Sequence record: NZ_CP024426.1
Direction: 5' to 3' (one strand)
Source of the DNA: a plasmid
DNA: 64,000 bases
The notes beneath the pieces were generated by a model. The model made no database searches, had not been told where the DNA came from, and saw only the letters and a program-made list of their open reading frames with translations. The position numbers and the translations under genes were made by a program. The stretch's first letter is position 1. Each line of letters starts with the position of its first letter. Below, one piece after another: positions 29,992 through 39,573 of this stretch.

Positions 29992-31958
29992 GCGCGATCC
30001 CTTTCCATCAAGGCAAACCCCGCCTCGGCCAAGGCGGTGGTAAAGGCGCCGGGCGCCGGTACAGGGCCGAACCTGCGGAACGGTCGGCGCGTTTCGGTCC
30101 GGGCGCTGCCGCCCAGGGCCGAGGCGATCCAGAGCGCCGGATCGGGGTGCGGCGCGGCCTGCAGCAGCCGCGCGATTCCCGCAGGCCCAAGCGCCAGACA
30201 GTCGACCAGCGGTCGGCGGACCGGCCGGCCCGAGGCGGGCAGATCCGTGGCCGGCAATCCACGGCGGGGATCCTCACCCTCTTGCGTCGCGGCAATCGAG
30301 CCGTCGCTTGCCAGCAAGGCGGGTGCCAGGGCCTCTGGCTGGCGCAGGCGCCGCAGCCAGAAGGGCAGCCAGCCCCGGCCCTCGGGCAGGACATCGGCGC
30401 CCAGCAGCAGCGTCGGGACCTCTTGCGCTTCGGCCAGGGCAATACGCAACCGCTCGGCCACGCTGGCGACGCCGGGCAGCAGCACCAGCCGATGCGGGAT
30501 GCCATAGATCGCCGCGGTCTGGGCCAGCGCATGACGCGCGCCTGCCGCCAGCGGTCCGTCGGTCATGGTGCAGATCACCTCGACCGGCGCGCCCTTCCCC
30601 TCGGCCAGGATCATGGCGGCGCGCGCCCGGATCATGTCGGCCGATTCGCCGATTGCAGTCACGATCTGCAGCCCGCATTTCTGCACGGGGCCGAAATGCT
30701 GCGCGACGGACGGCGGCATTGCGCGGTGAAAGCCGGCCCGGGCCCGGGCCAGCGGCGGCAGGACATCGGCGCCAAGCGCCCAGGCGTCCTCGAAGCCCGG
30801 GGGGATGCCGCCGTCGTAGGCCGCGACCGGCGCCTCGGCCAGATTGCGCAGATGACCGGAACGGTACAGCACGCGAATGCGGCAGGTGTCGCGGGCCCGC
30901 ATCTCGCCCGGCAGATCGGCAAGGCCTGCCAGGATCGTTGTCCCGTCGACCCCATGCGCTGGCGTCAGCGCGGCCTGCCGACCCTGCCGCTCAAGGATCA
31001 CCTTGCGGATCAGGCGTGAAGGATCCGTGAGCACCAGGGCATGAAGCAGTCCCGAAGGCAGCGCCGACAGATGCCGGATCGCGATGCGGGGTTCGGTCAG
31101 CCCGCTGGCAGGACGGCGCCCCGTGGCGACCACGTCGGTCCCGACGCGCGTTGACAGCCAGTCGCGGCAGTCCTTTCCACGGTCCCGCAGCCATGCCGCG
31201 GCCGGCTGGCGGCGCAGCGATCCGCCTTCCGCGCCCAGCCGAAGCGGCGCATCGGCGAAAGCCACGATCTGCGCGGGGGCAAGACCGCGCGGCAGCAGCA
31301 CATGCAGCAGCGTCCCTTCGAACAGGCAATCGAAATCCTTGAACGGGACCGGGCGACCGTCCTGGATCGTCACGGCAGTGCCGGGACCGCGCAGGCCGGC
31401 AAGACCGGGCGCGGCATAGCTGACCAGCGCCCGCCCCGCGACCTGCGTTTTCGCGATGGGGGCAAGGGCCGGAATCTTGCAGAGGTCCATCAGATGCAAG
31501 GCGGCCTCGGCAAGCCCCGCCGGTGCCTCAGCCGCGAAAAGCGAGGCTCCGGTGGTCAGCATCATCCGCAGCAGCCGGCACAGGCCCGGCGCCGAAAGCT
31601 GCGCGGCCAGCGTCGCGAGATCGCCTTGCGGCGCCTGCAGCCAGCCGGGGTCGATCTCGGCGGCCGGCAAGTCGTTCAGGCGCAACAGCAGGTGGCGCGC
31701 CAGCACGGCTTCGATCCCCTGCGGAACGAACAGCACATGCCGCGTGCCCCCCGACCTCAGGCCCAGTTCCGCCGCGATAAAGGGGCGCGGGACGGGCTCG
31801 CCGTCCTGTTCCGCCTGCATCCTTTCGCGCCGCCCCCCGGGCTGATCGAAAAAGATCGCGCTCAGCGAAGGGCCCAACGCGACCGCCATCGCCTCGTCAG
31901 GGCGGGCGGGCAAGCGCGGAACCGGCGCGCGCAGCGTTCGGTCAAGAGGGATGTTCAT
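29988..31958 (-). CDS. Large hypothetical protein (656 aa), paralog of 26600..28753
   Basis: ATG as reverse complement of 31956-31958; no recognised domain; see the paralog. Confidence 0.55.
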   Translation of the reverse strand: MNIPLDRTLRAPVPRLPARPDEAMAVALGPSLSAIFFDQPGGRRERMQAEQDGEPVPRPFIAAELGLRSGGTRHVLFVPQGIEAVLARHLLLRLNDLPAAEIDPGWLQAPQGDLATLAAQLSAPGLCRLLRMMLTTGASLFAAEAPAGLAEAALHLMDLCKIPALAPIAKTQVAGRALVSYAAPGLAGLRGPGTAVTIQDGRPVPFKDFDCLFEGTLLHVLLPRGLAPAQIVAFADAPLRLGAEGGSLRRQPAAAWLRDRGKDCRDWLSTRVGTDVVATGRRPASGLTEPRIAIRHLSALPSGLLHALVLTDPSRLIRKVILERQGRQAALTPAHGVDGTTILAGLADLPGEMRARDTCRIRVLYRSGHLRNLAEAPVAAYDGGIPPGFEDAWALGADVLPPLARARAGFHRAMPPSVAQHFGPVQKCGLQIVTAIGESADMIRARAAMILAEGKGAPVEVICTMTDGPLAAGARHALAQTAAIYGIPHRLVLLPGVASVAERLRIALAEAQEVPTLLLGADVLPEGRGWLPFWLRRLRQPEALAPALLASDGSIAATQEGEDPRRGLPATDLPASGRPVRRPLVDCLALGPAGIARLLQAAPHPDPALWIASALGGSARTETRRPFRRFGPVPAPGAFTTALAEAGFALMERDRA

Positions 31959-31994
31959 GCCCTGGCACCTTGGACGAAGGGATGGAAAGGAAAG

Positions 31995-32019
31995 GTCCGG
32001 GCACGGAGGGCGCCCGGAC
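31995..32019 (-). promoter_or_regulatory. Intra-operon hairpin (GUCCGGGC-9nt-GCCCGGAC) followed by a C/U-rich tract, between the RTX gene and downstream secretion/glycosylation genes; putative attenuating terminator
   Basis: A perfect 8-bp GC-rich inverted repeat 3' of the RTX stop (32028), followed on the minus strand by CUUUCCUUUCC. Confidence 0.35.
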
Positions 32020-32027
32020 CGTCCGCA

Positions 32028-32870
32028 TCAGACCACGGTAAAGAAGCGGCCCGGGTCCGCGGTCACGTCGTCATAGGACACGCCGTGCAGCAGGACGCTG
32101 TCGCCCTGGCCGAAGTCGATCAGCGTGCCGGCGTCGCCAAGGTCGACGGCGAAATCGGCCACTTCCTCGGCCGAGCCCAGCGTCACCCCCTCCAGCCGCG
32201 AGGAGATCTGGATGATGTCGCCGTCGGTAAAGTCCATGACCACGTCGCCGCCGCCCGAGAAGGTGAACAGGTCCTCCCCCTCGCCGCCATAAAGGACGTC
32301 GTCGCCGGTGCCGCCGTCCAGGGTATCGCGGCCGGCACCCCCTTCAAGCAGGTCGTCGCCTTCGCCGCCCAGCAGAAGATCATCGCCCAGCCCCCCAAGG
32401 ATCTGGTCGTCGCCGGCGTTCCCCAGCAGCGTGTCGTCGCCGACGTCGCCCGAAAGAGTATCGTCGCCCGCACCGCCGTCCAGCAGATCGTCGCCGGTGC
32501 CGCCGGCCAGGGCATCGTCCCCCGCGCCGCCTTCCAGCGTGTCGTCGCCGGCACCGCCTGCCAGAAGGTCGCTGCCCGCGCCGCCCTGCATCAGGTCGTC
32601 GCCCGCACCGCCGGACAGGGTGTCGTTCCCTTCCCCGCCGTAAAGCGCATCGTCCCCGGTGCCGCCCAGCAGCTGGTCGTCGCCGGACCCGCCATACAGC
32701 CGATCGTCGCCCGAACCGCCGTTCAGCAGGTCGTCGCCCGCCTCGCCGTGAACGATGTCGTCGCCCGAGCCGGACATGACGGTATCATGCCCCGCTCCGG
32801 CTGCGATGAAGTCCGAGAGCGACGTCCCGAACAAGAAGTCGCTGAACGCGCCCCCTGGTATCGTGGCCAT
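32028..32870 (-). CDS. RTX calcium-binding repeat protein (280 aa), putative T1SS substrate
   Basis: About 15 GGxGxDxL repeats ([29 protein letters not shown]...) and a C-terminal non-repeat tail. ATG MATIPGG with AAAGGGG upstream; the TTG at 32897 is an alternative start. Confidence 0.75.
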   Translation of the reverse strand: MATIPGGAFSDFLFGTSLSDFIAAGAGHDTVMSGSGDDIVHGEAGDDLLNGGSGDDRLYGGSGDDQLLGGTGDDALYGGEGNDTLSGGAGDDLMQGGAGSDLLAGGAGDDTLEGGAGDDALAGGTGDDLLDGGAGDDTLSGDVGDDTLLGNAGDDQILGGLGDDLLLGGEGDDLLEGGAGRDTLDGGTGDDVLYGGEGEDLFTFSGGGDVVMDFTDGDIIQISSRLEGVTLGSAEEVADFAVDLGDAGTLIDFGQGDSVLLHGVSYDDVTADPGRFFTVV

Positions 32871-33068
32871 GATGACCCCTTTCTTGCTGTGATCCAATGC
32901 GGCGGAAGCTAAACCAAAGCGTGCAGACGGCCGACGTCTATTTACTTAAAATTGCAGGCTTTTCCGGTTCGCTTCGGCAATGCGGTCCCGCTAGCATCCG
33001 TCCGACGTTCCAGTCCCGGGCATCACCGGGGCGCAGGATCAGGGCCGCTTCAAACTGGAAAAGCAACC

Positions 33069-34259
33069 ATGGCGACGTATTCAGACCTGAAATCGACCAT
33101 TCTGTCCGACGAACTCTTTCGCCTCCTGCCGACCGGCCTCGACCCGGCGGAATCCGAGGGGCTGGATTTCGCCAGGACCGCCATCGGCATCCTGGCCGGC
33201 GCCCTGTCCCAAGGCCTGCAAATCGGCGGAAGCGGGGCCGACACGCTTGCCGGCGGTCCGGGCAACGATGTCATGCTTGGACTCGCCGGCGACGATTCCC
33301 TGCACGGCGGTGCGGGCTGGAACCTGCTGTTCGGAGGTGAGGGCAACGATGTGCTGGACGTGCGCTGGCTGACCGATCCCGACCGAGGCGGCCTGTCCTA
33401 TGACGACTGGGCCGAGGCAAAGCCCGCCGCCGGGGACGGGTTGTTCGGCGGCGCGGGTAATGATTCGCTCTTTGGATCGTTCGGGTCCGATCTGCTGCTG
33501 GGTGGTGCAGGGAGCGACCTTCTCAGCGGGCAGGATGGCAACGACCTGCTGGATGGCGGATCCGGCGACGACCGGCTCGAAGGCGATGCCGGGCGCGACA
33601 GCCTTCATGGCGGCGCAGGCAACGATACGCTGTCAGGGGGCTTGGGCGAAGACCGGCTTTATGGCGGCGACGGCAGGGACAGGTTGCAGGGCGACAATGG
33701 CAACGACCTGCTGGACGGCGGCTTGGGAAACGACACGCTTCATGGCGGCTTTGGCGACGACAGCATCACGGGCGGCGCGGGCAACGACTGGGTGGATGCC
33801 GGCGGCGGCGACGACAGCATCGACCTTGGCGACGGCAATGATTTCGCCGCCGCGATCGAGGATTTCGGGCGCGGCGACGATTCCATCTTTGGCAGGGCGG
33901 GCAACGACACGCTGCATGGCGGGCGCGGCAACGACATGATCGACGGCGGCGCGGGCGACGATGCCCTGAACGGCGGCGCGGGCGACGATTTCCTGACCGG
34001 CGGCGGCGGTGCCGACCTGTTCCAGTTCCGCAGCGCGCATGGCGTGGACATCATCGCCGATTTTTCCGACGAGGATCGCCTGATCATCACCCGCAACATC
34101 AATGGCCAGTCCATCGACCCAGAATCGCTTGGCGACCGGTTGCAGGACCTGGGCGATGCCGCTTACCTGGATCTGGGCAACGGTCATGGCGTGATCTTCC
34201 TTGGCCACGACGCCGAGACGCTGGGCGAGCTTTTGCAGACCAGGGTGGATTTCTGGTAA
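33069..34259 (+). CDS. RTX calcium-binding repeat protein (396 aa), divergent from the RTX gene at 32870
   Basis: Tandem GGxGxDxL repeats; C-terminal tail DFSDEDRLIIT...; ATG at 33069. Confidence 0.75.
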   Translation: MATYSDLKSTILSDELFRLLPTGLDPAESEGLDFARTAIGILAGALSQGLQIGGSGADTLAGGPGNDVMLGLAGDDSLHGGAGWNLLFGGEGNDVLDVRWLTDPDRGGLSYDDWAEAKPAAGDGLFGGAGNDSLFGSFGSDLLLGGAGSDLLSGQDGNDLLDGGSGDDRLEGDAGRDSLHGGAGNDTLSGGLGEDRLYGGDGRDRLQGDNGNDLLDGGLGNDTLHGGFGDDSITGGAGNDWVDAGGGDDSIDLGDGNDFAAAIEDFGRGDDSIFGRAGNDTLHGGRGNDMIDGGAGDDALNGGAGDDFLTGGGGADLFQFRSAHGVDIIADFSDEDRLIITRNINGQSIDPESLGDRLQDLGDAAYLDLGNGHGVIFLGHDAETLGELLQTRVDFW

Positions 34260-34384
34260 AGGCGGGACGGCTGGCAGCCGAGGCCACACAGGCCGAGCGC
34301 GGCTCAAGGCGTAAAGCTTGCGCAGGCAACAGCTGAATTTTCCACCTTCTGCCCAAAATTGAACTGCTTTAAGGTCATGTCATT

Positions 34385-35770
34385 ATGACCCAATGGCGCC
34401 CCGATCCCGCCCGCCTTCGTCGACCGGCCTATCTGTCCCTGGCGGATCAATTCGCGCGGGCCATTGCGGACGGGCTGCTGCCCTCGGGCGCCAAGCTCAG
34501 GCCGCACCGGGACCTGGCCTATGAACTGGGGCTGTCGGTGCAGACCGTGTCGCGCGCCTATAACGACCTGATCCGGCGTGGGCTGATTGCGGGCAAGGTG
34601 GGCAGCGGGTCGTTCGTCCTGCCGCCGGCCGGCGACAGCAACCCGCCCTATATCGCCGACCGCAGCAGCGAGGTGATCGACCTTTCGATCCTGAAGCCGG
34701 TCAGCGACGACCACCACATCGCCCTGATGCGCGACGGGCTGCACTGGGTGGCCGACAACCTCAGCGCGTCCTCGGCGCTGTCATTCCGACCCAGTTCGGT
34801 CCTGCCGCATCACCGCCATGTCGCCGCCGGCTGGTTGAAGCGCAGCGGCATTGAGGTCGCGCCCGACAATATCGTCATCACGGACGGCGCCACCTCGGCC
34901 ATCACCACCGCGGTGATGAGCGCGGTGCCCTGCGGTGCGACACTGGCGGCGCCCGCGCTGACCCATCACCTGCTGATGCCGCTGTGCAAGTATCTGGGCC
35001 TGCATCTGGAAGGGCTGGCCTGCGACAGCGACGGCATCCTGCCGGATGCGCTTGATATGGCGGCGGAAAAAGGGCTGGTGCGCGCGGTCTATACCCAGCC
35101 CACCGCGATCAATCCGCGCGCCAATGTCACCAGCCTCGCGCGGCGGCGCGACATTGTGGACATCGCCCGGCGGCACGACCTGTTCATCGTCGAAAACGAC
35201 ATCCTGGGCGATGTGGTGGTGGGCGCACCCACGCCCTATGCCATGCTTGCGCCCGAGCGGGTCTTTCACATCCGCGGCTTTACCAAGGTCGCGCTGCCCG
35301 GGCTGCGGCTGGCCTATCTGTCCGCGCCGGAACGGGCGGCAGCCGTGGCGGCAAATCGCCATCTGGTGACAAGCTGGATGGCGACGCCGCTGATGGTCGA
35401 GTTGCTGAGCCACTGGATCGAGGACGGCACCCTGCCCGGCCTGGTCGCCTGGCAGCGCGAGGCCCTGCAGCGCCGCCATGCCCTGGCGCAGGCGATCCTC
35501 GCCGGCCTGGATTTCAGCGCCCATCCGCAGGGCCTGCATGTCTGGCTGAACCTGCCCGAGGGCGTGGACGAGGATCAGTTCGTCGCGCAGGCGCGGGTGC
35601 ATGGCGTGGCCATCGCCTCGGGGCAGGCGTTCCGCGTCAACGATCATCAGCGCCGCAATGCCGTCCGCATCGCCCTGGGCACCAAGCGCGAGGACGATCT
35701 CCAGCGCGGCCTTGGCCTGGTGCGCGACCTGCTCCGCAGTTCGCCCGAGCCCCTGCTGCCACTGCTGTAG
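34385..35770 (+). CDS. enuR: MocR/GabR-type GntR regulator with PLP aminotransferase-like domain (ectoine-catabolism regulator EnuR-like)
   Basis: N-terminal GntR wHTH (LAYELGLSVQTVSRAYNDL) plus a fold-type I aminotransferase domain. Position immediately upstream of ehuABCD-eut. Confidence 0.75.
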   Translation: MTQWRPDPARLRRPAYLSLADQFARAIADGLLPSGAKLRPHRDLAYELGLSVQTVSRAYNDLIRRGLIAGKVGSGSFVLPPAGDSNPPYIADRSSEVIDLSILKPVSDDHHIALMRDGLHWVADNLSASSALSFRPSSVLPHHRHVAAGWLKRSGIEVAPDNIVITDGATSAITTAVMSAVPCGATLAAPALTHHLLMPLCKYLGLHLEGLACDSDGILPDALDMAAEKGLVRAVYTQPTAINPRANVTSLARRRDIVDIARRHDLFIVENDILGDVVVGAPTPYAMLAPERVFHIRGFTKVALPGLRLAYLSAPERAAAVAANRHLVTSWMATPLMVELLSHWIEDGTLPGLVAWQREALQRRHALAQAILAGLDFSAHPQGLHVWLNLPEGVDEDQFVAQARVHGVAIASGQAFRVNDHQRRNAVRIALGTKREDDLQRGLGLVRDLLRSSPEPLLPLL

Positions 35771-35848
35771 AATTGTCATGATACGATATAATAATTGACC
35801 TGATTTGGCAGCAATGCAAACCTCTCCGCGAATGGCAAGGGGACGGAC

Positions 35849-36634
35849 GTGGGCGACCCAATCATCCGCATCGACAATCTGCGCAAATCCTTCGGCACGC
35901 TGACCGTCATCGATGGGCTGTCCTTTGACGTGCACAAGGGCGAAAAGCTGGCGCTGATCGGGCCTTCGGGCTCGGGCAAGACGACGATCCTGCGCATCCT
36001 AATGACGCTGGAATCGCTGTCGGGCGGCCGGATCGAGATCGACGGCCAGCCGCTTTACCACATGCAGAAGAACGGCGCCGAGGTGCCCGCGGACGAAGCG
36101 CATCTGCACAAGATGCGCGCCCGCATCGGCATGGTGTTTCAGCATTTCAACCTGTTCCCGCACAAGTCCGTGCTGCAGAACATCACCCTGGCGCCGGTCC
36201 TGACCCAAGGCCAAAGCCGCACCGCCGCCGAAAGGCGCGGCCGCGAGCTTCTGGACATGGTCGGGCTTGCCGACAAGGCCGATGCCATGCCCTCGCAACT
36301 GTCGGGCGGGCAAAAGCAGCGCGTGGCGATCGCCCGCGCGCTGGCGCTGAACCCCGACATCATGCTGTTCGACGAGGTGACGTCCGCCCTTGACCCCGAA
36401 CTGGTCGAGGAGGTTCTGCTGGTGATGAAGCGGCTGGCCGCCGAAACCGACATGACCATGCTGCTTGTCACCCACGAGATGGGCTTTGCCAGCGAATTCG
36501 CCGACCGCATCCTGTTCTTCGACAAGGGCCGGATCGTCGAGCAGGGCCCGCCAGAACAGATCTTCAAGAACCCCAAGGAAGAAAGAACCCGAGGCTTTCT
36601 GCGCAAGATCATCGCAGCCGGCCATCGGGTCTGA
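35849..36634 (+). CDS. ehuA: Ectoine/hydroxyectoine ABC transporter ATP-binding protein
   Basis: Polar amino-acid ABC ATPase motifs [24 protein letters not shown] and [14 protein letters not shown] start with AAGGGGA upstream. Confidence 0.8.
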   Translation: MGDPIIRIDNLRKSFGTLTVIDGLSFDVHKGEKLALIGPSGSGKTTILRILMTLESLSGGRIEIDGQPLYHMQKNGAEVPADEAHLHKMRARIGMVFQHFNLFPHKSVLQNITLAPVLTQGQSRTAAERRGRELLDMVGLADKADAMPSQLSGGQKQRVAIARALALNPDIMLFDEVTSALDPELVEEVLLVMKRLAAETDMTMLLVTHEMGFASEFADRILFFDKGRIVEQGPPEQIFKNPKEERTRGFLRKIIAAGHRV

Positions 36635-36661
36635 CCAACAGAACCAACAGCGGAGATTGAC

Positions 36662-37483
36662 ATGAAGCTTTACCTGATGGCCGCCGTGATGCTGGCCGCT
36701 CCCCTGCCCGCGCTTGCCGATCTGGACACGCTGAGGGAACAGGGCTTTGCCCGCATCGCCATCGGCAACGAGCCGCCCTATACCGCCGTCGGCTCGGACG
36801 GCAAGGTCTCGGGCGCGGGTCCCGATGTCGCGCGCGAGGTGTTCAAGCGCCTGGGCGTCGCCGATGTCGAGGCCTCGATCCTGGAATATGGCGCGATGAT
36901 CCCCAGCCTGCAGGCTGGCCGCGTCGATGCCGTGACGGCGGGCCTGTTCATGAAGCCCGAGCGCTGCGCCGCGGTCGCCTATTCCCAGCCGATCCTGTGC
37001 GATGCCGAGGCGCTGCTGGTGCCCAAGGGCAACCCCAAGAACTTCCAGTTCTATGCCGATATCGCCAAGGACGAGACCGCACGGCTGGGCGCCCCCGGCG
37101 GCGGCACCGAGGAAAAGCTGGCGCTGGACGCGGGCGTGCCGCGCGACCGGCTGATCGTCGTGCCGGACCCGCAATCGGGGCTGAAGATGCTGCAGGACGG
37201 GCGCATCGACGCCTATTCGCTGCCGGTGCTGTCGCTGAACGAACTGCTGGCGAAATCCGGCGATGCCGGTCTGGAAATCTTTGCCCCGGTCAAGGATGCC
37301 CCGGTCTATTGCGACGGCGCGGCCTTCAACAAGAAGGACACGGCGCTGCGCGACGCCTTCGACGTGGAACTGGCCAAGATGAAGGAAACGGGCGACTTCG
37401 CCAAGATCGTCGAGCCCTACGGTTTCAGCGCCGAGGCCGCGCTGTCGACCGACCGCGACACGCTTTGCGCCGCGCCGCAATAA
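36662..37483 (+). CDS. ehuB: Ectoine/hydroxyectoine-binding periplasmic protein
   Basis: Signal peptide MKLYLMAAVMLAAPLPALA; type 3 SBP fold; GGAG 7 nt upstream. Confidence 0.8.
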   Translation: MKLYLMAAVMLAAPLPALADLDTLREQGFARIAIGNEPPYTAVGSDGKVSGAGPDVAREVFKRLGVADVEASILEYGAMIPSLQAGRVDAVTAGLFMKPERCAAVAYSQPILCDAEALLVPKGNPKNFQFYADIAKDETARLGAPGGGTEEKLALDAGVPRDRLIVVPDPQSGLKMLQDGRIDAYSLPVLSLNELLAKSGDAGLEIFAPVKDAPVYCDGAAFNKKDTALRDAFDVELAKMKETGDFAKIVEPYGFSAEAALSTDRDTLCAAPQ

Positions 37484-37523
37484 GCCGAACCGCAGACCCC
37501 AACAGCAAGGCAGGCATCAGCGC

Positions 37524-38180
37524 ATGGGCGACTGGGCAGGATATCTGACACTCATCCTTCAGGGGGCCTGGGTCACGGTGCAACTGACCGTGATGGGCTG
37601 CGCGGTCGCGCTGGTCGTGGCCTTCCTGGCCGGCTTGGGCCGGGTGTCGCGTCATGCCGGCCTGCGCTGGCTGGCCAGCATCTATATCGAGTTCTTTCGC
37701 GGCACCTCGATCTTTGTGCAGCTGTTCTGGATCTATTACGTCCTGCCGCTGACTGGCGTATCGCTCAGCCCGATGCAGGCGGGGGTGATGGCGCTGGGTC
37801 TGAACGTCGGCGCCTATGCGGCCGAGGTGGTGCGCGGCGCCATCCTGTCGGTGCCGCGCGACCAGCACGAGGCGACGGTCGCGCTGAACCTGACCGGCTA
37901 TCAGCGGATGCGCCATGTCATCCTGCCCCAGGCCCTACCGCTGATGCTGCCGACCTTCGGCAACAATGCCATCGAACTGCTGAAGGCCACGTCGGTCGTG
38001 TCGCTGATCTCGCTGTCCGACATGACGTTCCAGGCGCAGGTGGTGCGGTCGCAGACCGGCAGCACGCTGGTCCCCTTTGTCGCGATCCTGGTGATGTATT
38101 TCGCGCTCTCCTCGCTGATTTCGGCCGGGATGCGCTGGTTGGAACGGCGCGCGACGCGCGGGCTGGACGGGGTGCGCTGA
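37524..38180 (+). CDS. ehuC: Ectoine/hydroxyectoine ABC permease
   Basis: His/Glu/Gln/Arg/opine family permease with an EAA loop. Confidence 0.8.
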   Translation: MGDWAGYLTLILQGAWVTVQLTVMGCAVALVVAFLAGLGRVSRHAGLRWLASIYIEFFRGTSIFVQLFWIYYVLPLTGVSLSPMQAGVMALGLNVGAYAAEVVRGAILSVPRDQHEATVALNLTGYQRMRHVILPQALPLMLPTFGNNAIELLKATSVVSLISLSDMTFQAQVVRSQTGSTLVPFVAILVMYFALSSLISAGMRWLERRATRGLDGVR

Positions 38181-38839
38181 TGGAATGGGATTGGGATTTC
38201 GCGCTGAGCATCCTGCCGACCCTGTTGCAGGGCTTGCAGATCACGCTGCTGGCGACCGTTCTGGGCGTCGTCGTGGCCGCCGTCCTGGGCCTTGTCTTTG
38301 CGCTGCTGCGGCGCTCGCCCAGCCGCGCCGTTACCCGCACGACCGGCTTCGTGGTTGAATTCATCCGGGGCACGCCGCTGCTGGTGCAGCTTTACTTCAT
38401 CTTCTACGTCCTGCCCGACATCGGGCTGCGGCTGCCGGCGCTGGCGGCGGGCGTGCTGGGCATGGGCCTGCATTACGCGGCCTATTTCGCCGAGGTCTAT
38501 CGCGGCGGGATCGAGGCCGTGCCGCGCGGTCAATGGGAGGCGGCGCGCGCCACCAACCTGACCGCGCGCCAGACCTGGGTGCATGTCGTCCTGCCGCAGG
38601 CGATGCCGCCGATGATCCCGGCCATGGCGAACTATGTCCTGGCCATGTTCAAGGAAACGCCCCTGCTGTCGGCGATCACCGTGATGGAACTGATGGGCCA
38701 GGCCCGCTCGGTTGCGAATTCGACCTATCGCTATGTCGAGCCGATCACCCTGGTCGGCGTGTGCTTCCTGATCGTCAGCATCATCTCGGTCGTCGGCTTG
38801 CGCTGGCTGGAACGCCGCTTTGGAAGGTTCGGAAAATGA
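38180..38839 (+). CDS. ehuD: Ectoine/hydroxyectoine ABC permease
   Basis: Second permease, ATGA-coupled to ehuC. Confidence 0.8.
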   Translation: MEWDWDFALSILPTLLQGLQITLLATVLGVVVAAVLGLVFALLRRSPSRAVTRTTGFVVEFIRGTPLLVQLYFIFYVLPDIGLRLPALAAGVLGMGLHYAAYFAEVYRGGIEAVPRGQWEAARATNLTARQTWVHVVLPQAMPPMIPAMANYVLAMFKETPLLSAITVMELMGQARSVANSTYRYVEPITLVGVCFLIVSIISVVGLRWLERRFGRFGK

Positions 38840-39573
38840 CCGCGGAACTGCATCTGGACGACCGCCCCCTGCCCCGCCGCATCGGCCTGATCGCGCTGGC
38901 GACCGACCACACGACCGAGCCGGATTTCCATCGCATCCTGTCGCCGCGCGGCATCGGCGTCTATGCGACGCGCATCCCCTTCGCCAATCCGGTGACGCCT
39001 GAAACCCTGGCCGCGATGGCGGACGACGTGACCGGCGCCGCCGCGCTGATCCTGCCGGGCGAGGATCTGGATGCGGTGGTCTATGGTTGCACCTCGGCCT
39101 CGGTCGTGATCGGGGATGGGGCGGTGCGTGACGCGATCACGGCGGGCAAGCCCGGAACGGTGGCGATCACGCCGATCTCGGCGGGGTTCGCGGGTCTGCG
39201 CGCGCTTGGCGCGCAGCGGATCACGCTGCTGACCCCCTATGTGCCCGAAACCACCGCACCCATGGCCGCCTGTTTCGAGGCCGGCGGCTTCACCCTGCAA
39301 GGCGTCACCAGCCTTGGCCTGACCGACGACCGCGCCATGGCGCGGCTGTCGCCCGACAGCATCGTCGCGGCGGCACAAGCGGCGCTGGTTCCAGGCAGCG
39401 ATGCGATCTTTGTGTCCTGCACCGCCGTCCGCGCCGCCGGGGTGATCGACCGGATCGAGGATGCAACCGGCGTACCGGCGGTGTCGTCGAACTATGCCGC
39501 CGCCTGGGCGGTGCTGCGCGCCTGTGGCGACACCGGCGTCGCCGCGCCCGGCCAGCTGATGAGGTTGCCGTGA
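38836..39573 (+). CDS. eutA: Ectoine utilization protein EutA (Asp/Glu/hydantoin racemase-like)
   Basis: Arylmalonate decarboxylase/racemase-like fold in the conserved position after ehuD; overlaps ehuD by 4 nt. Confidence 0.75.
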   Translation: MTAELHLDDRPLPRRIGLIALATDHTTEPDFHRILSPRGIGVYATRIPFANPVTPETLAAMADDVTGAAALILPGEDLDAVVYGCTSASVVIGDGAVRDAITAGKPGTVAITPISAGFAGLRALGAQRITLLTPYVPETTAPMAACFEAGGFTLQGVTSLGLTDDRAMARLSPDSIVAAAQAALVPGSDAIFVSCTAVRAAGVIDRIEDATGVPAVSSNYAAAWAVLRACGDTGVAAPGQLMRLP

